This document shows, one piece after another, positions 9,766 to 17,481 of a DNA stretch of 64,000 bases. Origin of the DNA: Flavobacteriaceae bacterium (GTDB lineage: Bacteria > Bacteroidota > Bacteroidia > Flavobacteriales > Flavobacteriaceae); assembly GCA_049791475.1 (NCBI GenBank), contig JBAQZZ010000016.1:8395-72394 (forward strand), written 5' to 3'. The position numbers and the translations under genes were made by a program. The notes below the pieces were generated by a model that had not been told where the DNA came from, searched no databases, and was given only the letters and a program-made list of their open reading frames with translations. Position 1 is the first letter of the stretch. Each line of letters opens with the position of its first letter.

Positions 9766-10392
9766 ATGAAAAAAACAGTTCTTATCATTTTTGCTTCTTT
9801 TATAATTTCAAACTGTTCTAGTACAAAAAACATCCGTAATAGTTCATTTTCAAAAGAAGAGAGCCAATTAGTTTTAAGTGCTAATAGTCTAGTGCCTATG
9901 CGCGTTTTTAAAATTACCAACAAAAAAGATTCACTTGTATTACGAACAAAAAGCAGTTATGTAAAAGCAAACCCAAATGATGTGGTTTTACAACAATTTG
10001 TTAAACGGCTTTATGCTACAGTTAGAGATAGTATGTCTTTGGGTGTTGGTATTGCAGCACCTCAAGTTGGTGTTTTAAAAAATATTATTTGGGTACAACG
10101 TTTTGATAAAGAAAACGTACCCTTTGAAGTGTACTTAAACCCAAAAATTGTAAAATACTCAAAAGAAAAACAAACTGTTAAAGAAGGTTGTTTATCTATA
10201 CCCAATAGATCTGACACCTTAAATAGTAGAGCGTTTACTATTAACATAGAATATGACACCATGCTAGCTGAACATAAAACTGAAACTATTGAAGGATTTA
10301 CATCAGTTATATTTCAGCATGAAATAGATCATTTAAATGGTATTTTATATTTAGATCATTTAAAAAAAGAGGTTCGTGATGCTAAAAAGTAA
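9766..10392 (+). CDS. def: peptide deformylase homologue with N-terminal signal/lipoprotein-like peptide
   Basis: All three PDF motifs are present: 'GVGIAAPQVG', 'EGCLSIP', 'QHEIDHLNG'. The N-terminus 'MKKTVLIIFASFIISNCSST' looks like an export signal ending in Cys. Confidence 0.85.
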   Translation: MKKTVLIIFASFIISNCSSTKNIRNSSFSKEESQLVLSANSLVPMRVFKITNKKDSLVLRTKSSYVKANPNDVVLQQFVKRLYATVRDSMSLGVGIAAPQVGVLKNIIWVQRFDKENVPFEVYLNPKIVKYSKEKQTVKEGCLSIPNRSDTLNSRAFTINIEYDTMLAEHKTETIEGFTSVIFQHEIDHLNGILYLDHLKKEVRDAKK

Positions 10393-10398
10393 ATAGTC

Positions 10399-11088
10399 TT
10401 AAAAAAACTCTCGATACTGCATCACCCTAAAATCAAACGTGTTAAATTTTGGGCTTTTAGCTTTAAGTTGCTGGTAAAGCGGTATTCTACTTATTGAAAT
10501 ATTGGCAGCTCCAGAGCTTGAAGTTAGTGATACGGTTTTTATTGTTCTTTTCACCTCATGAGATTGTATAATTTTACTCGCAATTACAGGTAATTGGAAT
10601 TGATGAATTCTTGGAACTTCGTTTGAAACCAAATCCAATTTTAAATTATAGGTTTTTAAATGTTTTCTAAAAAAATATTCAGGGCCGTTTTTACTATTTC
10701 CGCCTGTAAATAATAAAGTATTTATATTCGGGAACTGGTTTAAATAATCTATGATATCTCTAAGTTTTACGTTATTCATTCCTAAATCGGAGGCATCAAT
10801 TTTACTACGCTCACAACTTGCTACAATATCGCAAACACCCATTTTACTTTGAATTAAAAACTGCTTTCTTTCTTCAATGGCTTCTTCTGAATTATCATAG
10901 CGGAAGTTCAAACCATGAATTTTATCTATAAATAACCAAAGCGAATTATAATAACTTCCATAACAAAAATTAACATCCTTTTCTAAAAGTTCTCCAATTG
11001 AAAAACGTGGTGGTGGCAATGTGCCTACAATTAATTTTGTAGTTTCTTTTGTAATAAATGGTTTATATGGATGTTTATGTTTAAACAT
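10399..11088 (-). CDS. uracil-DNA glycosylase superfamily-like protein (tentative)
   Basis: 229 aa. 'KLIVGTLPPPRFS....YYNS.N.LW' resembles motif A of family-6/HDG-like UDGs. The assignment is from memory only. Confidence 0.4.
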   Translation of the reverse strand: MFKHKHPYKPFITKETTKLIVGTLPPPRFSIGELLEKDVNFCYGSYYNSLWLFIDKIHGLNFRYDNSEEAIEERKQFLIQSKMGVCDIVASCERSKIDASDLGMNNVKLRDIIDYLNQFPNINTLLFTGGNSKNGPEYFFRKHLKTYNLKLDLVSNEVPRIHQFQLPVIASKIIQSHEVKRTIKTVSLTSSSGAANISISRIPLYQQLKAKSPKFNTFDFRVMQYREFF

Positions 11089-11153
11089 GTTTTACTTGAT
11101 TTTTAAGCTAAAATTCAGTATTTTAACTGAAAGATAAAAGTAAATTATTTATT

Positions 11154-11291
11154 ATGGGAAAAGGAGATAAAAAAACAAAACGAGGAAAAATAAATAGAGG
11201 TACTTTTGGAGCACGACGCCCTAGAATTAAAAAGAAACCATCTATAGAAAGCAAAATAAGTATAGGCAACAAGGCCAAAGCGAAGCAGTAG
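11154..11291 (+). CDS. 30S ribosomal protein THX
   Basis: 45-codon ORF not in the supplied track: MGKGDKKTKRGKINRGTFGARRPRIKKKPSIESKISIGNKAKAKQ*. The 'MGKGDKK..RGK...G..G.RRPR' N-terminus is the THX signature. Confidence 0.75.
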   Translation: MGKGDKKTKRGKINRGTFGARRPRIKKKPSIESKISIGNKAKAKQ

Positions 11292-11293
11292 AT

Positions 11294-12019
11294 TTATTTA
11301 TTTTCAGATAATAATTTTTCAGCTTCAATAAAAGTTAAACGATACAAACGTCTATTTGGTTTTGTCATGTGCTCATATTCATCACAAATATCTTGTAATA
11401 TTTCTGTGCCATCTGCTTTATTTTCTCTGCTCGACAAAAACTTAGCCAATACTAGGCGCTCTTCGTAAAAAGAATAACGTGTATCTATTTGTCTTAAATT
11501 AATTTCGGCAGCTTCAAAATCACCTAACTTCTCTAAAGCTAATCCATATAAAAACTGTGTTTTAGATTTTTTAAATTCTGGTTTATCTTTTACTTTTTCA
11601 GCATACAAAATAGAATTCTTATAATCTTCAAGAGCAGAATATGTTTCTACCAACTTACTAATTACATAAAAGTTATTTTGCGATACATCATCCAAAGCTT
11701 CTAAATAATGTATTAATGCATTATTATAATCTTTAATTTCAAGATAAGCATCTGCTAAATTAACTCTGTTTTGATAAGATTCTGAAAACTGAAGTTGCTT
11801 TTCTAAATCGGTAATTTTTTTCGTTGGATTTATAATGTGATTGAATTCATTAGTTATTTTTTCAGCATCTTGTTTATTATACACTTGAGTTACCAAATAA
11901 ATAATACAACCAATTAGAGGAACAAAAAATATTAAAAACGCCCAATAATAGGAGTTTCTGTTTTTATACATGTGGTATAAACAATAGGCTTGAAAAGCTA
12001 TGATGAGATAGTAATACAT
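11294..12019 (-). CDS. membrane-anchored TPR repeat protein with PLD-N-like N-terminal segment
   Basis: 241 aa. Two N-terminal TM helices ('YYWAFLIFFVPLIGCIIYLV') are followed by TPR-like repeats (ADAYLEIKDYNNAL.., ALEDYKNSILYAEK.., ALEKLGDFEAAE). Confidence 0.5.
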   Translation of the reverse strand: MYYYLIIAFQAYCLYHMYKNRNSYYWAFLIFFVPLIGCIIYLVTQVYNKQDAEKITNEFNHIINPTKKITDLEKQLQFSESYQNRVNLADAYLEIKDYNNALIHYLEALDDVSQNNFYVISKLVETYSALEDYKNSILYAEKVKDKPEFKKSKTQFLYGLALEKLGDFEAAEINLRQIDTRYSFYEERLVLAKFLSSRENKADGTEILQDICDEYEHMTKPNRRLYRLTFIEAEKLLSENK

Positions 12020-12021
12020 AA

Positions 12022-12780
12022 TTACCTTATAAAAACTAAATCGTTGGGTTTTGACATGGGTTCGCTAAAGTTATACCCGCCGTAATTAAAACCTTTTAAA
12101 TCGTCCATAGATTTGGCATTTGTATCAACAACATATCGTGCCATTAAACCGCGAGCTTCTTTGGCAAAAAATGAAATTATTTTATATTTACCGTTTTTAA
12201 AATCTTTAAAATTTGCAGTAATTACTGGTACTTTTAATGCTTTAGTATCAACTGCTTTAAAATACTCGTTACTAGCTAAGTTTAAAAATAACTCATCATC
12301 TTCTAATTCTTCATTTAAAGCTATTGTGATGTCTTTTTTCCAGAATTCATAAAGATTTTTTTTTCTACCAACGGGTAATTTCGTTCCCATTTCTAAACGA
12401 TACGGCTGAATTAAATCGGTTGGTTTTAACACACCGTATAAACCCGATAAAATACGAACGGTATTTTGCAATGTTTCAATTTTTTCCTGTGGAATGGTGT
12501 AAGCATCCAAGCCTCTGTATACATCGCCATTAAACGCATAAACAGCTGGTCGTGCATTTTCTGGAGTAAAAGGCACTTCCCAATCTTGATTGCGTTGATG
12601 ATTTAATTGTCCTAAAGCATCAGAAATACTCATGAGTTTTGATAAGCCTTTTGCTGATTTTGTTTTAAGCAGTTTATTTAAACGTTCCGATTGTTTTAAA
12701 AACTGTGCTTCTGTATATTGAGCCGTTGGTAATGGGCTTTCAAAATTGAGTGACTTTGCTGGTGATAATACTAATTTCAT
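12022..12780 (-). CDS. yaaA: peroxide stress protein YaaA (UPF0246)
   Basis: 252 aa. 'MKLVLSPAKSL' N-terminus plus 'YRGLDA', 'LSGLYGVLKP.D.IQPYRLEM' and 'FFAK.ARG.MARY'. Confidence 0.88.
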   Translation of the reverse strand: MKLVLSPAKSLNFESPLPTAQYTEAQFLKQSERLNKLLKTKSAKGLSKLMSISDALGQLNHQRNQDWEVPFTPENARPAVYAFNGDVYRGLDAYTIPQEKIETLQNTVRILSGLYGVLKPTDLIQPYRLEMGTKLPVGRKKNLYEFWKKDITIALNEELEDDELFLNLASNEYFKAVDTKALKVPVITANFKDFKNGKYKIISFFAKEARGLMARYVVDTNAKSMDDLKGFNYGGYNFSEPMSKPNDLVFIR

Positions 12781-12797
12781 GAATAATACTATTTTTT

Positions 12798-12823
12798 GTC
12801 ATTCCCGCGAAGGCGGAAATCTC
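12798..12823. repeat. small 'gtcattcc..ggaaatc' hairpin repeat
   Basis: gtcattcccgcgaaggcggaaatctc forms a 7/8-bp stem with a GAAG loop. Similar units are at 16982, 50859 and 60681. Confidence 0.5.
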
Positions 12824-12930
12824 ATATTTCTTTTATTTTCAAATTTACGATTACTAATTTACTTTAGAAATTTAAGATTAGAATTATTTGTGATGAGATT
12901 ATAAATGGAATTGATGTTGAAATTTAAAAA

Positions 12931-13013
12931 ACTTGACTTTGTAAAAAATTTCACCTAATTTCGTTTAACAGCTGATATAAAATATTAAAACGATTTCATG
13001 TCATTAAGGCATT
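12931..13013 (+). promoter_or_regulatory. conserved 83-nt 5' cassette block (promoter-like TTG..TAATTTCG plus hairpin), copy 1
   Basis: An ungapped hand alignment to 31057-31139 gives 65/83 identities. It contains TTG (12933), a near-consensus -7 box TAATTTCG (12956-12963), and the hairpin tcgtttaa-N16-ttaaaacga. Confidence 0.5.
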
Positions 13014-13027
13014 ACCTTTAATTGAAA

Positions 13028-13444
13028 ATGAGTATAGTTAAACTTCTTTATAAAATCTTAGGAATCAAACCAAATATGGGAAATGGGTCAGAATTAGACT
13101 TATTGTCTATAGGGCAGTTATGCTCAGTTTGCAGCAGACCTGCTGCAAAAATTGAAATTATTAGAGATAAAAACACTTCTGAACAAAGATGGAATCTAAT
13201 ATATTCAGGACCTGGTGGTAGTAATGGAAACGGTGATTTAATTAGTGAAGAAAGGAAAGAAAACCTCCTAACTCTATTCAAAAAGCCTTACAATTTACAA
13301 GAAATAAAAAAAGAGTTTTATGATATGGCTGGTTGTTGTTTGAAATGCGAAAAATTCTATTGTTCAACTCATTGGAATATTAGTGCAACAGGATACGGAA
13401 AATGTCCTGAAGGGCATGGACAATCATTAGACCCTCATTATTGA
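13028..13444 (+). CDS. hypothetical Cys/His-rich protein (putative zinc-binding)
   Basis: ATG at 13028; the track ORF starts 2 codons earlier at a TTG. It has 'CSVC' plus 'CCLKCEKFYCSTH....GYGKCPEGH' and resembles no family I recognise. Confidence 0.5.
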   Translation: MSIVKLLYKILGIKPNMGNGSELDLLSIGQLCSVCSRPAAKIEIIRDKNTSEQRWNLIYSGPGGSNGNGDLISEERKENLLTLFKKPYNLQEIKKEFYDMAGCCLKCEKFYCSTHWNISATGYGKCPEGHGQSLDPHY

Positions 13445-13470
13445 AGCAGGAAAAAATAGAAACTAAAGGT

Positions 13471-13599
13471 AACACGGTGTCTATAATTAATTGCTTGAGG
13501 CTGTGTGTACTCGGAAAATCCTTCGGATTTCCCTAACGTTCGGTTTCCTTTTACTAAATTAACCTGTAGCCATATTTCAGGACAAGACACTTCTAAAAA
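13471..13599 (+). repeat. 3' cassette block with ccTTCgg hairpin, copy 1
   Basis: ctataattaattgct (13481-13495) matches 31745-31759 at 13/15. The hairpin ggaaaatcc-ttc-ggatttcc is at 13513-13532. The block ends ..ttctaaaaa directly against the rluD stop. Confidence 0.4.
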
Positions 13600-14655
13600 T
13601 CACTCCAATTCCTGATGCTTCGAATAGGTTTTCCACTTTTCAATACACTGTTTCATATCATCTGGAACTGGCGTTTCAAAACTCATAAACTTTCCCGTTT
13701 TTGGGTGTACAAAGCCTAAGGTTTTAGCGTGTAAGGCTTGCCGTGGTAAAACTTTAAAACAATTATCTACAAACTGTTTATATTTAGTAAATGTGGTACC
13801 TTTTAAAACACGTTCGCCACCGTAGCGCTCATCGTTAAACAAGGTATGCCCTATATGTTTCATGTGCACGCGTATTTGGTGCGTGCGACCTGTTTCAAGT
13901 TTACAAGACACTAAAGTGACGTAACCCAAACGCTCTAAAACTTTGTAATGCGTAACGGCAGGTTTACCTTTATCGGCGGCGTCATCTAAAAAAACAGTGT
14001 TTTGTAATCGGTTTTTAGGATGACGACCAATGTTACCTTCAATAGTGCCTTCGTCTTCTTCCATATTTCCCCAAACAATAGCCACATATTCGCGTTCGCT
14101 AGTTTTATTGGCAAACTGCAACGATAAATGGGCCATAGCTTGTTCGGTTTTTGCAACCACTAAAAGTCCGCTAGTATCTTTATCAATTCTATGTACTAAA
14201 CCTGGACGCTCGCTAGAGTTGTTAGGTAAATTATCAAACCTGTAAATTAAGGCATTAATAAGCGTTCCTGAATAGTTTCCGTGACCTGGATGCACAACCA
14301 TTCCTGGAGGTTTATTTACTACTAAAAGCGTATCGTCTTCATAAACCACATCAATATCAATATCCTCACCAACCAATAAATTTTCAAATGGCGGATGCGC
14401 AAATAATACACGAATAGAATCAAAGGGTTTTACTTTATAGTTTGATTTTACAGCAACGTCATTTACAAAAATACTTCCATCTTTTGCTGCAGCCTGAATT
14501 TTATTTCGGGTGGCATTTTCAATAAAATTCATTAAATATTTATCGATTCGAAGTGGTGTTTGCCCTTTATCTACCGTAAATGCATGATGCTCGTAAAGGT
14601 TGTCTTGGTCTGGTAATTGCGGTGTATAATCGTCCATATTATGGTCGGTTACCAT
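13600..14655 (-). CDS. rluD: RluA-family 23S rRNA pseudouridine synthase (RluD-like)
   Basis: 351 aa with an S4 domain followed by 'HRIDKDTSGLLVVAKT' and 'GRTHQIRVH'. Confidence 0.9.
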   Translation of the reverse strand: MVTDHNMDDYTPQLPDQDNLYEHHAFTVDKGQTPLRIDKYLMNFIENATRNKIQAAAKDGSIFVNDVAVKSNYKVKPFDSIRVLFAHPPFENLLVGEDIDIDVVYEDDTLLVVNKPPGMVVHPGHGNYSGTLINALIYRFDNLPNNSSERPGLVHRIDKDTSGLLVVAKTEQAMAHLSLQFANKTSEREYVAIVWGNMEEDEGTIEGNIGRHPKNRLQNTVFLDDAADKGKPAVTHYKVLERLGYVTLVSCKLETGRTHQIRVHMKHIGHTLFNDERYGGERVLKGTTFTKYKQFVDNCFKVLPRQALHAKTLGFVHPKTGKFMSFETPVPDDMKQCIEKWKTYSKHQELE

Positions 14656-15193
14656 TACCTAAAACTAAATCTATAACTGATGTTTTAGCCAACTCATCAC
14701 CTTCGTTTATCGTTTTTCCTTTATGAGTCATTTTAAGTACTAAATCTTTACCAATATTGTTTACGTAAGTCAGTTTTCCTACTTTAAAGCCTAAAGCTTC
14801 CAAAGTTGGTTTCGCTTGTCTGAATGTTTTTTCTTTTAAATCGGGAACACCAATTTTTCGATAACCAGACGGATTAAGCGTAATGTATATTTTTCTATTC
14901 TCTTTAACTTTTTCTCCTGCTGGTGGCTCTTGTTCAATAACCGAAAACTTTGGATAATCTGGATTATAATTTGCAGAATCTTGTATTTGCATTACCAACT
15001 TATTCTCTTTTAATGCTATTTGAGCAACACTTATAGATTTTCCAGTTAAATCTGGAACAGTTTCAAATTCACCATGATTTGTTGATATATTTAACCATTT
15101 TAGCATAATAAAACTCAATACAACAATGGCTACAATTGCTAATAAAATTTGTTTCAAAAAGGTTTTACTGCTTAAAAATTTTATGATGCTCAT
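14639..15193 (-). CDS. PASTA domain-containing membrane protein
   Basis: 184 aa with an N-terminal TM helix and two PASTA-like repeats ('VPDLTGKS...A...L', 'VPDLKEKTFRQAKPTLEALG'). Overlaps rluD by 17 nt. Confidence 0.6.
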   Translation of the reverse strand: MSIIKFLSSKTFLKQILLAIVAIVVLSFIMLKWLNISTNHGEFETVPDLTGKSISVAQIALKENKLVMQIQDSANYNPDYPKFSVIEQEPPAGEKVKENRKIYITLNPSGYRKIGVPDLKEKTFRQAKPTLEALGFKVGKLTYVNNIGKDLVLKMTHKGKTINEGDELAKTSVIDLVLGNGNRP

Positions 15194-15331
15194 GTATAGA
15201 ATTTTGATTACGCAAATATATAAAAACAGAACTGTTTTTTCTTTTGCAATATATATGATATTTTAGCTTAACTAATAATAGGTACGTTTTATTGTAGGTT
15301 TTTAGATTGATATTTAATTAATTCATTTTTG

Positions 15332-16306
15332 ATGAAAAAAAATATTGCCATTATTATGGGTGGATATTCAAGCGAATATCAAATTTCTTTAAAAAGCGGG
15401 CAGGTTGTTTTTGAAACACTAGACCCCTCAAAATACAATGCTTTTAGAATTCATATTTTTAAAGATAAATGGGTGTATGTTGATGAGAGTGACACTGAAT
15501 ATCCCATTGATAGAAATGATTTCTCCATTAATATAGATAGTTATAAAGTTACTTTTGATTGTGTGTTTAACGCCATACACGGCTCTCCCGGTGAAGATGG
15601 TTTTATGCAAGCCTACCTTAAATTATTAAATATACCACAAACTAGCTGCAATATGTATCAAGCCAGTTTAACGTTTAATAAACGAGATTGCTTAAGTGTT
15701 TTGAAACCTTATGGTATAAAAACTGCTGAATCGTTTTATTTAAATTTAGGTGATAACATAAATGAAAATAGTATAATAGAGAAAGTGGGCTTACCCTGTT
15801 TTGTTAAAGCTAATAAGGCTGGAAGTAGTTTTGGAATAACTAAAGTACATAAAAAAGAAGATTTACAAAACGCTATAAATGTGGCTTTTAAAGAAGATGA
15901 CGAGATTATAATTGAATCATTTTTAGATGGCACCGAAGTGTCTGTAGGTGTTATAAAATACAAAGGAGAAACTAAAGTACTACCCATCACAGAAATTGTT
16001 TCTGAAAATGATTTCTTCGATTATGAAGCAAAATACTTAGGAAAATCTCAAGAAATAACACCTGCACGGTTAACAAAAGAGCAAGAAAGTAAAGTTAATA
16101 CTATGGCTCAAAAAATTTACGACGTTTTAAAAATGACGGGGTTTAGTAGAAGTGAGTTTATTTTTAAAGATGGCGAACCACATTTATTAGAAATGAATAC
16201 CGTACCTGGTTTAACCCGAGAAAGTATTTTACCGCAACAAGCTGCTGCTGCAGGAATTAGCATGAGTGACTTATTTGATAATGCGATTGAAGAGGTGCTT
16301 AAATAG
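15332..16306 (+). CDS. ddl: D-alanine--D-alanine ligase
   Basis: ATG at 15332 (the track begins one codon earlier at a TTG). 'IAIIMGGYSSEYQISL.SG', 'HG..GEDG..Q', 'E.N..PGLT..S..P'. Confidence 0.93.
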   Translation: MKKNIAIIMGGYSSEYQISLKSGQVVFETLDPSKYNAFRIHIFKDKWVYVDESDTEYPIDRNDFSINIDSYKVTFDCVFNAIHGSPGEDGFMQAYLKLLNIPQTSCNMYQASLTFNKRDCLSVLKPYGIKTAESFYLNLGDNINENSIIEKVGLPCFVKANKAGSSFGITKVHKKEDLQNAINVAFKEDDEIIIESFLDGTEVSVGVIKYKGETKVLPITEIVSENDFFDYEAKYLGKSQEITPARLTKEQESKVNTMAQKIYDVLKMTGFSRSEFIFKDGEPHLLEMNTVPGLTRESILPQQAAAAGISMSDLFDNAIEEVLK

Positions 16307-16370
16307 CCGTAGTTATCAATTCCAGTATTTAATAAACACTTATTTTTAAACACAAACTAAACCAAAACTT

Positions 16371-16976
16371 ATGATTTTTTACGGCACAAATTCCTCTAGA
16401 TTAAAAAATGGACAACTACCAAATGTAACTTGCCCTAGTTGTGAAAACCAAACCTCAATGACATATAACGTTTTTGGAAAATATGCTTACATTTATTGGA
16501 TTCCACTTTTTCCAATGGGAAAAGTAAACGTTTTAGAATGCAACCATTGCAAGCGCACCTATAAACTAAAAGAACTACCAGAACAAATTCAACGTAAATT
16601 TCAAACCGAAAAACATACTGGTATTCCGTTTTTACATTTTAGTGGTTTAGCTATTATTTTATTGGTTATTGCCTATTTTTCATATTCGGGCTCTAAGCAT
16701 AAAGAAGATAAGGCAGAATTTATAAAAGCCCCTTCAGTTGGAGATATTTACTCCCTCCCTTCTTCATCAAAAGGACAATACACAACTATGAAAGTAACTA
16801 GTATAACTAACGATAGTGTTTACTTTATACTTAATGATTACGAAATTGCTAAAAAAAGTGCTATCTATAAAATAGATAAAGCAGCTAACTATACTAATTA
16901 CATTGAAGGTTATACTAAAGAAGAAATAGTATCTTTATATGATGATAAAACTATTTTTAATATAGATAGAGAGTAA
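16371..16976 (+). CDS. hypothetical zinc-ribbon membrane protein
   Basis: 201 aa with 'CPSC...CNHC' four-Cys N-terminal ribbon, one TM helix and a C-terminal soluble domain. Confidence 0.5.
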   Translation: MIFYGTNSSRLKNGQLPNVTCPSCENQTSMTYNVFGKYAYIYWIPLFPMGKVNVLECNHCKRTYKLKELPEQIQRKFQTEKHTGIPFLHFSGLAIILLVIAYFSYSGSKHKEDKAEFIKAPSVGDIYSLPSSSKGQYTTMKVTSITNDSVYFILNDYEIAKKSAIYKIDKAANYTNYIEGYTKEEIVSLYDDKTIFNIDRE

Positions 16977-16981
16977 AAAGA

Positions 16982-16999
16982 TTCCTGTCTTCGCAGGAA
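16982..16999. repeat. small hairpin ttcctg-tcttcg-caggaa
   Basis: 6-bp perfect stem, 17 nt upstream of the coaD ATG. Same type as 12798, 50859 and 60681. Confidence 0.45.
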
Positions 17000-17015
17000 A
17001 GCCAAAAATAAATCA

Positions 17016-17471
17016 ATGAAACGAGCTATTTTCCCAGGATCTTTTGATCCATTAACATTAGGACATTACGATATTATAAAACGTGGTGTTACCCTTTTTG
17101 ATGAAATTATTGTAGCTATTGGTGTAAATGCTGATAAAAAATATATGTTCTCGCTTGATGAGCGTAAACGTTTTATTGAAAAAGCTTTTGCTAATGAACC
17201 CAAAGTAAAAGTTATGACCTATAAAGGTTTAACCGTAGATTTTTGTAAAGAAATTGAAGCCGAATTCATATTAAGAGGCTTAAGAAACCCAGCCGATTTT
17301 GAGTTTGAAAAAGCCATTGCACATACCAACAGGCATTTATCAACCATTGAAACTGTTTTCCTTTTAACTGCTGCACGCACCTCTTTTATAGCGTCTTCCA
17401 TAGTGCGCGATGTGATTAGAAATAATGGTGATTACACAAAGTTGGTTCCAGATAGTGTACGCGTCAAATAA
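17016..17471 (+). CDS. coaD: phosphopantetheine adenylyltransferase
   Basis: 151 aa. 'AIFPGSFDPLTLGHYDII', 'RGLR...DFE.E', 'SSS.VR'. Confidence 0.93.
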   Translation: MKRAIFPGSFDPLTLGHYDIIKRGVTLFDEIIVAIGVNADKKYMFSLDERKRFIEKAFANEPKVKVMTYKGLTVDFCKEIEAEFILRGLRNPADFEFEKAIAHTNRHLSTIETVFLLTAARTSFIASSIVRDVIRNNGDYTKLVPDSVRVK

Positions 17472-17481
17472 TTATTAATAC

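Noticed and set aside
12931-13599. Interpretation of the cassette-like units as integron cassettes with attC sites.
   Set aside because: There is no integrase in the window. The units are solitary and 18 kb apart, the conserved block is upstream of the ORF and promoter-like, and I could not find canonical R''/L''-L'/R' (RYYYAAC..GTTRRRY) architecture.
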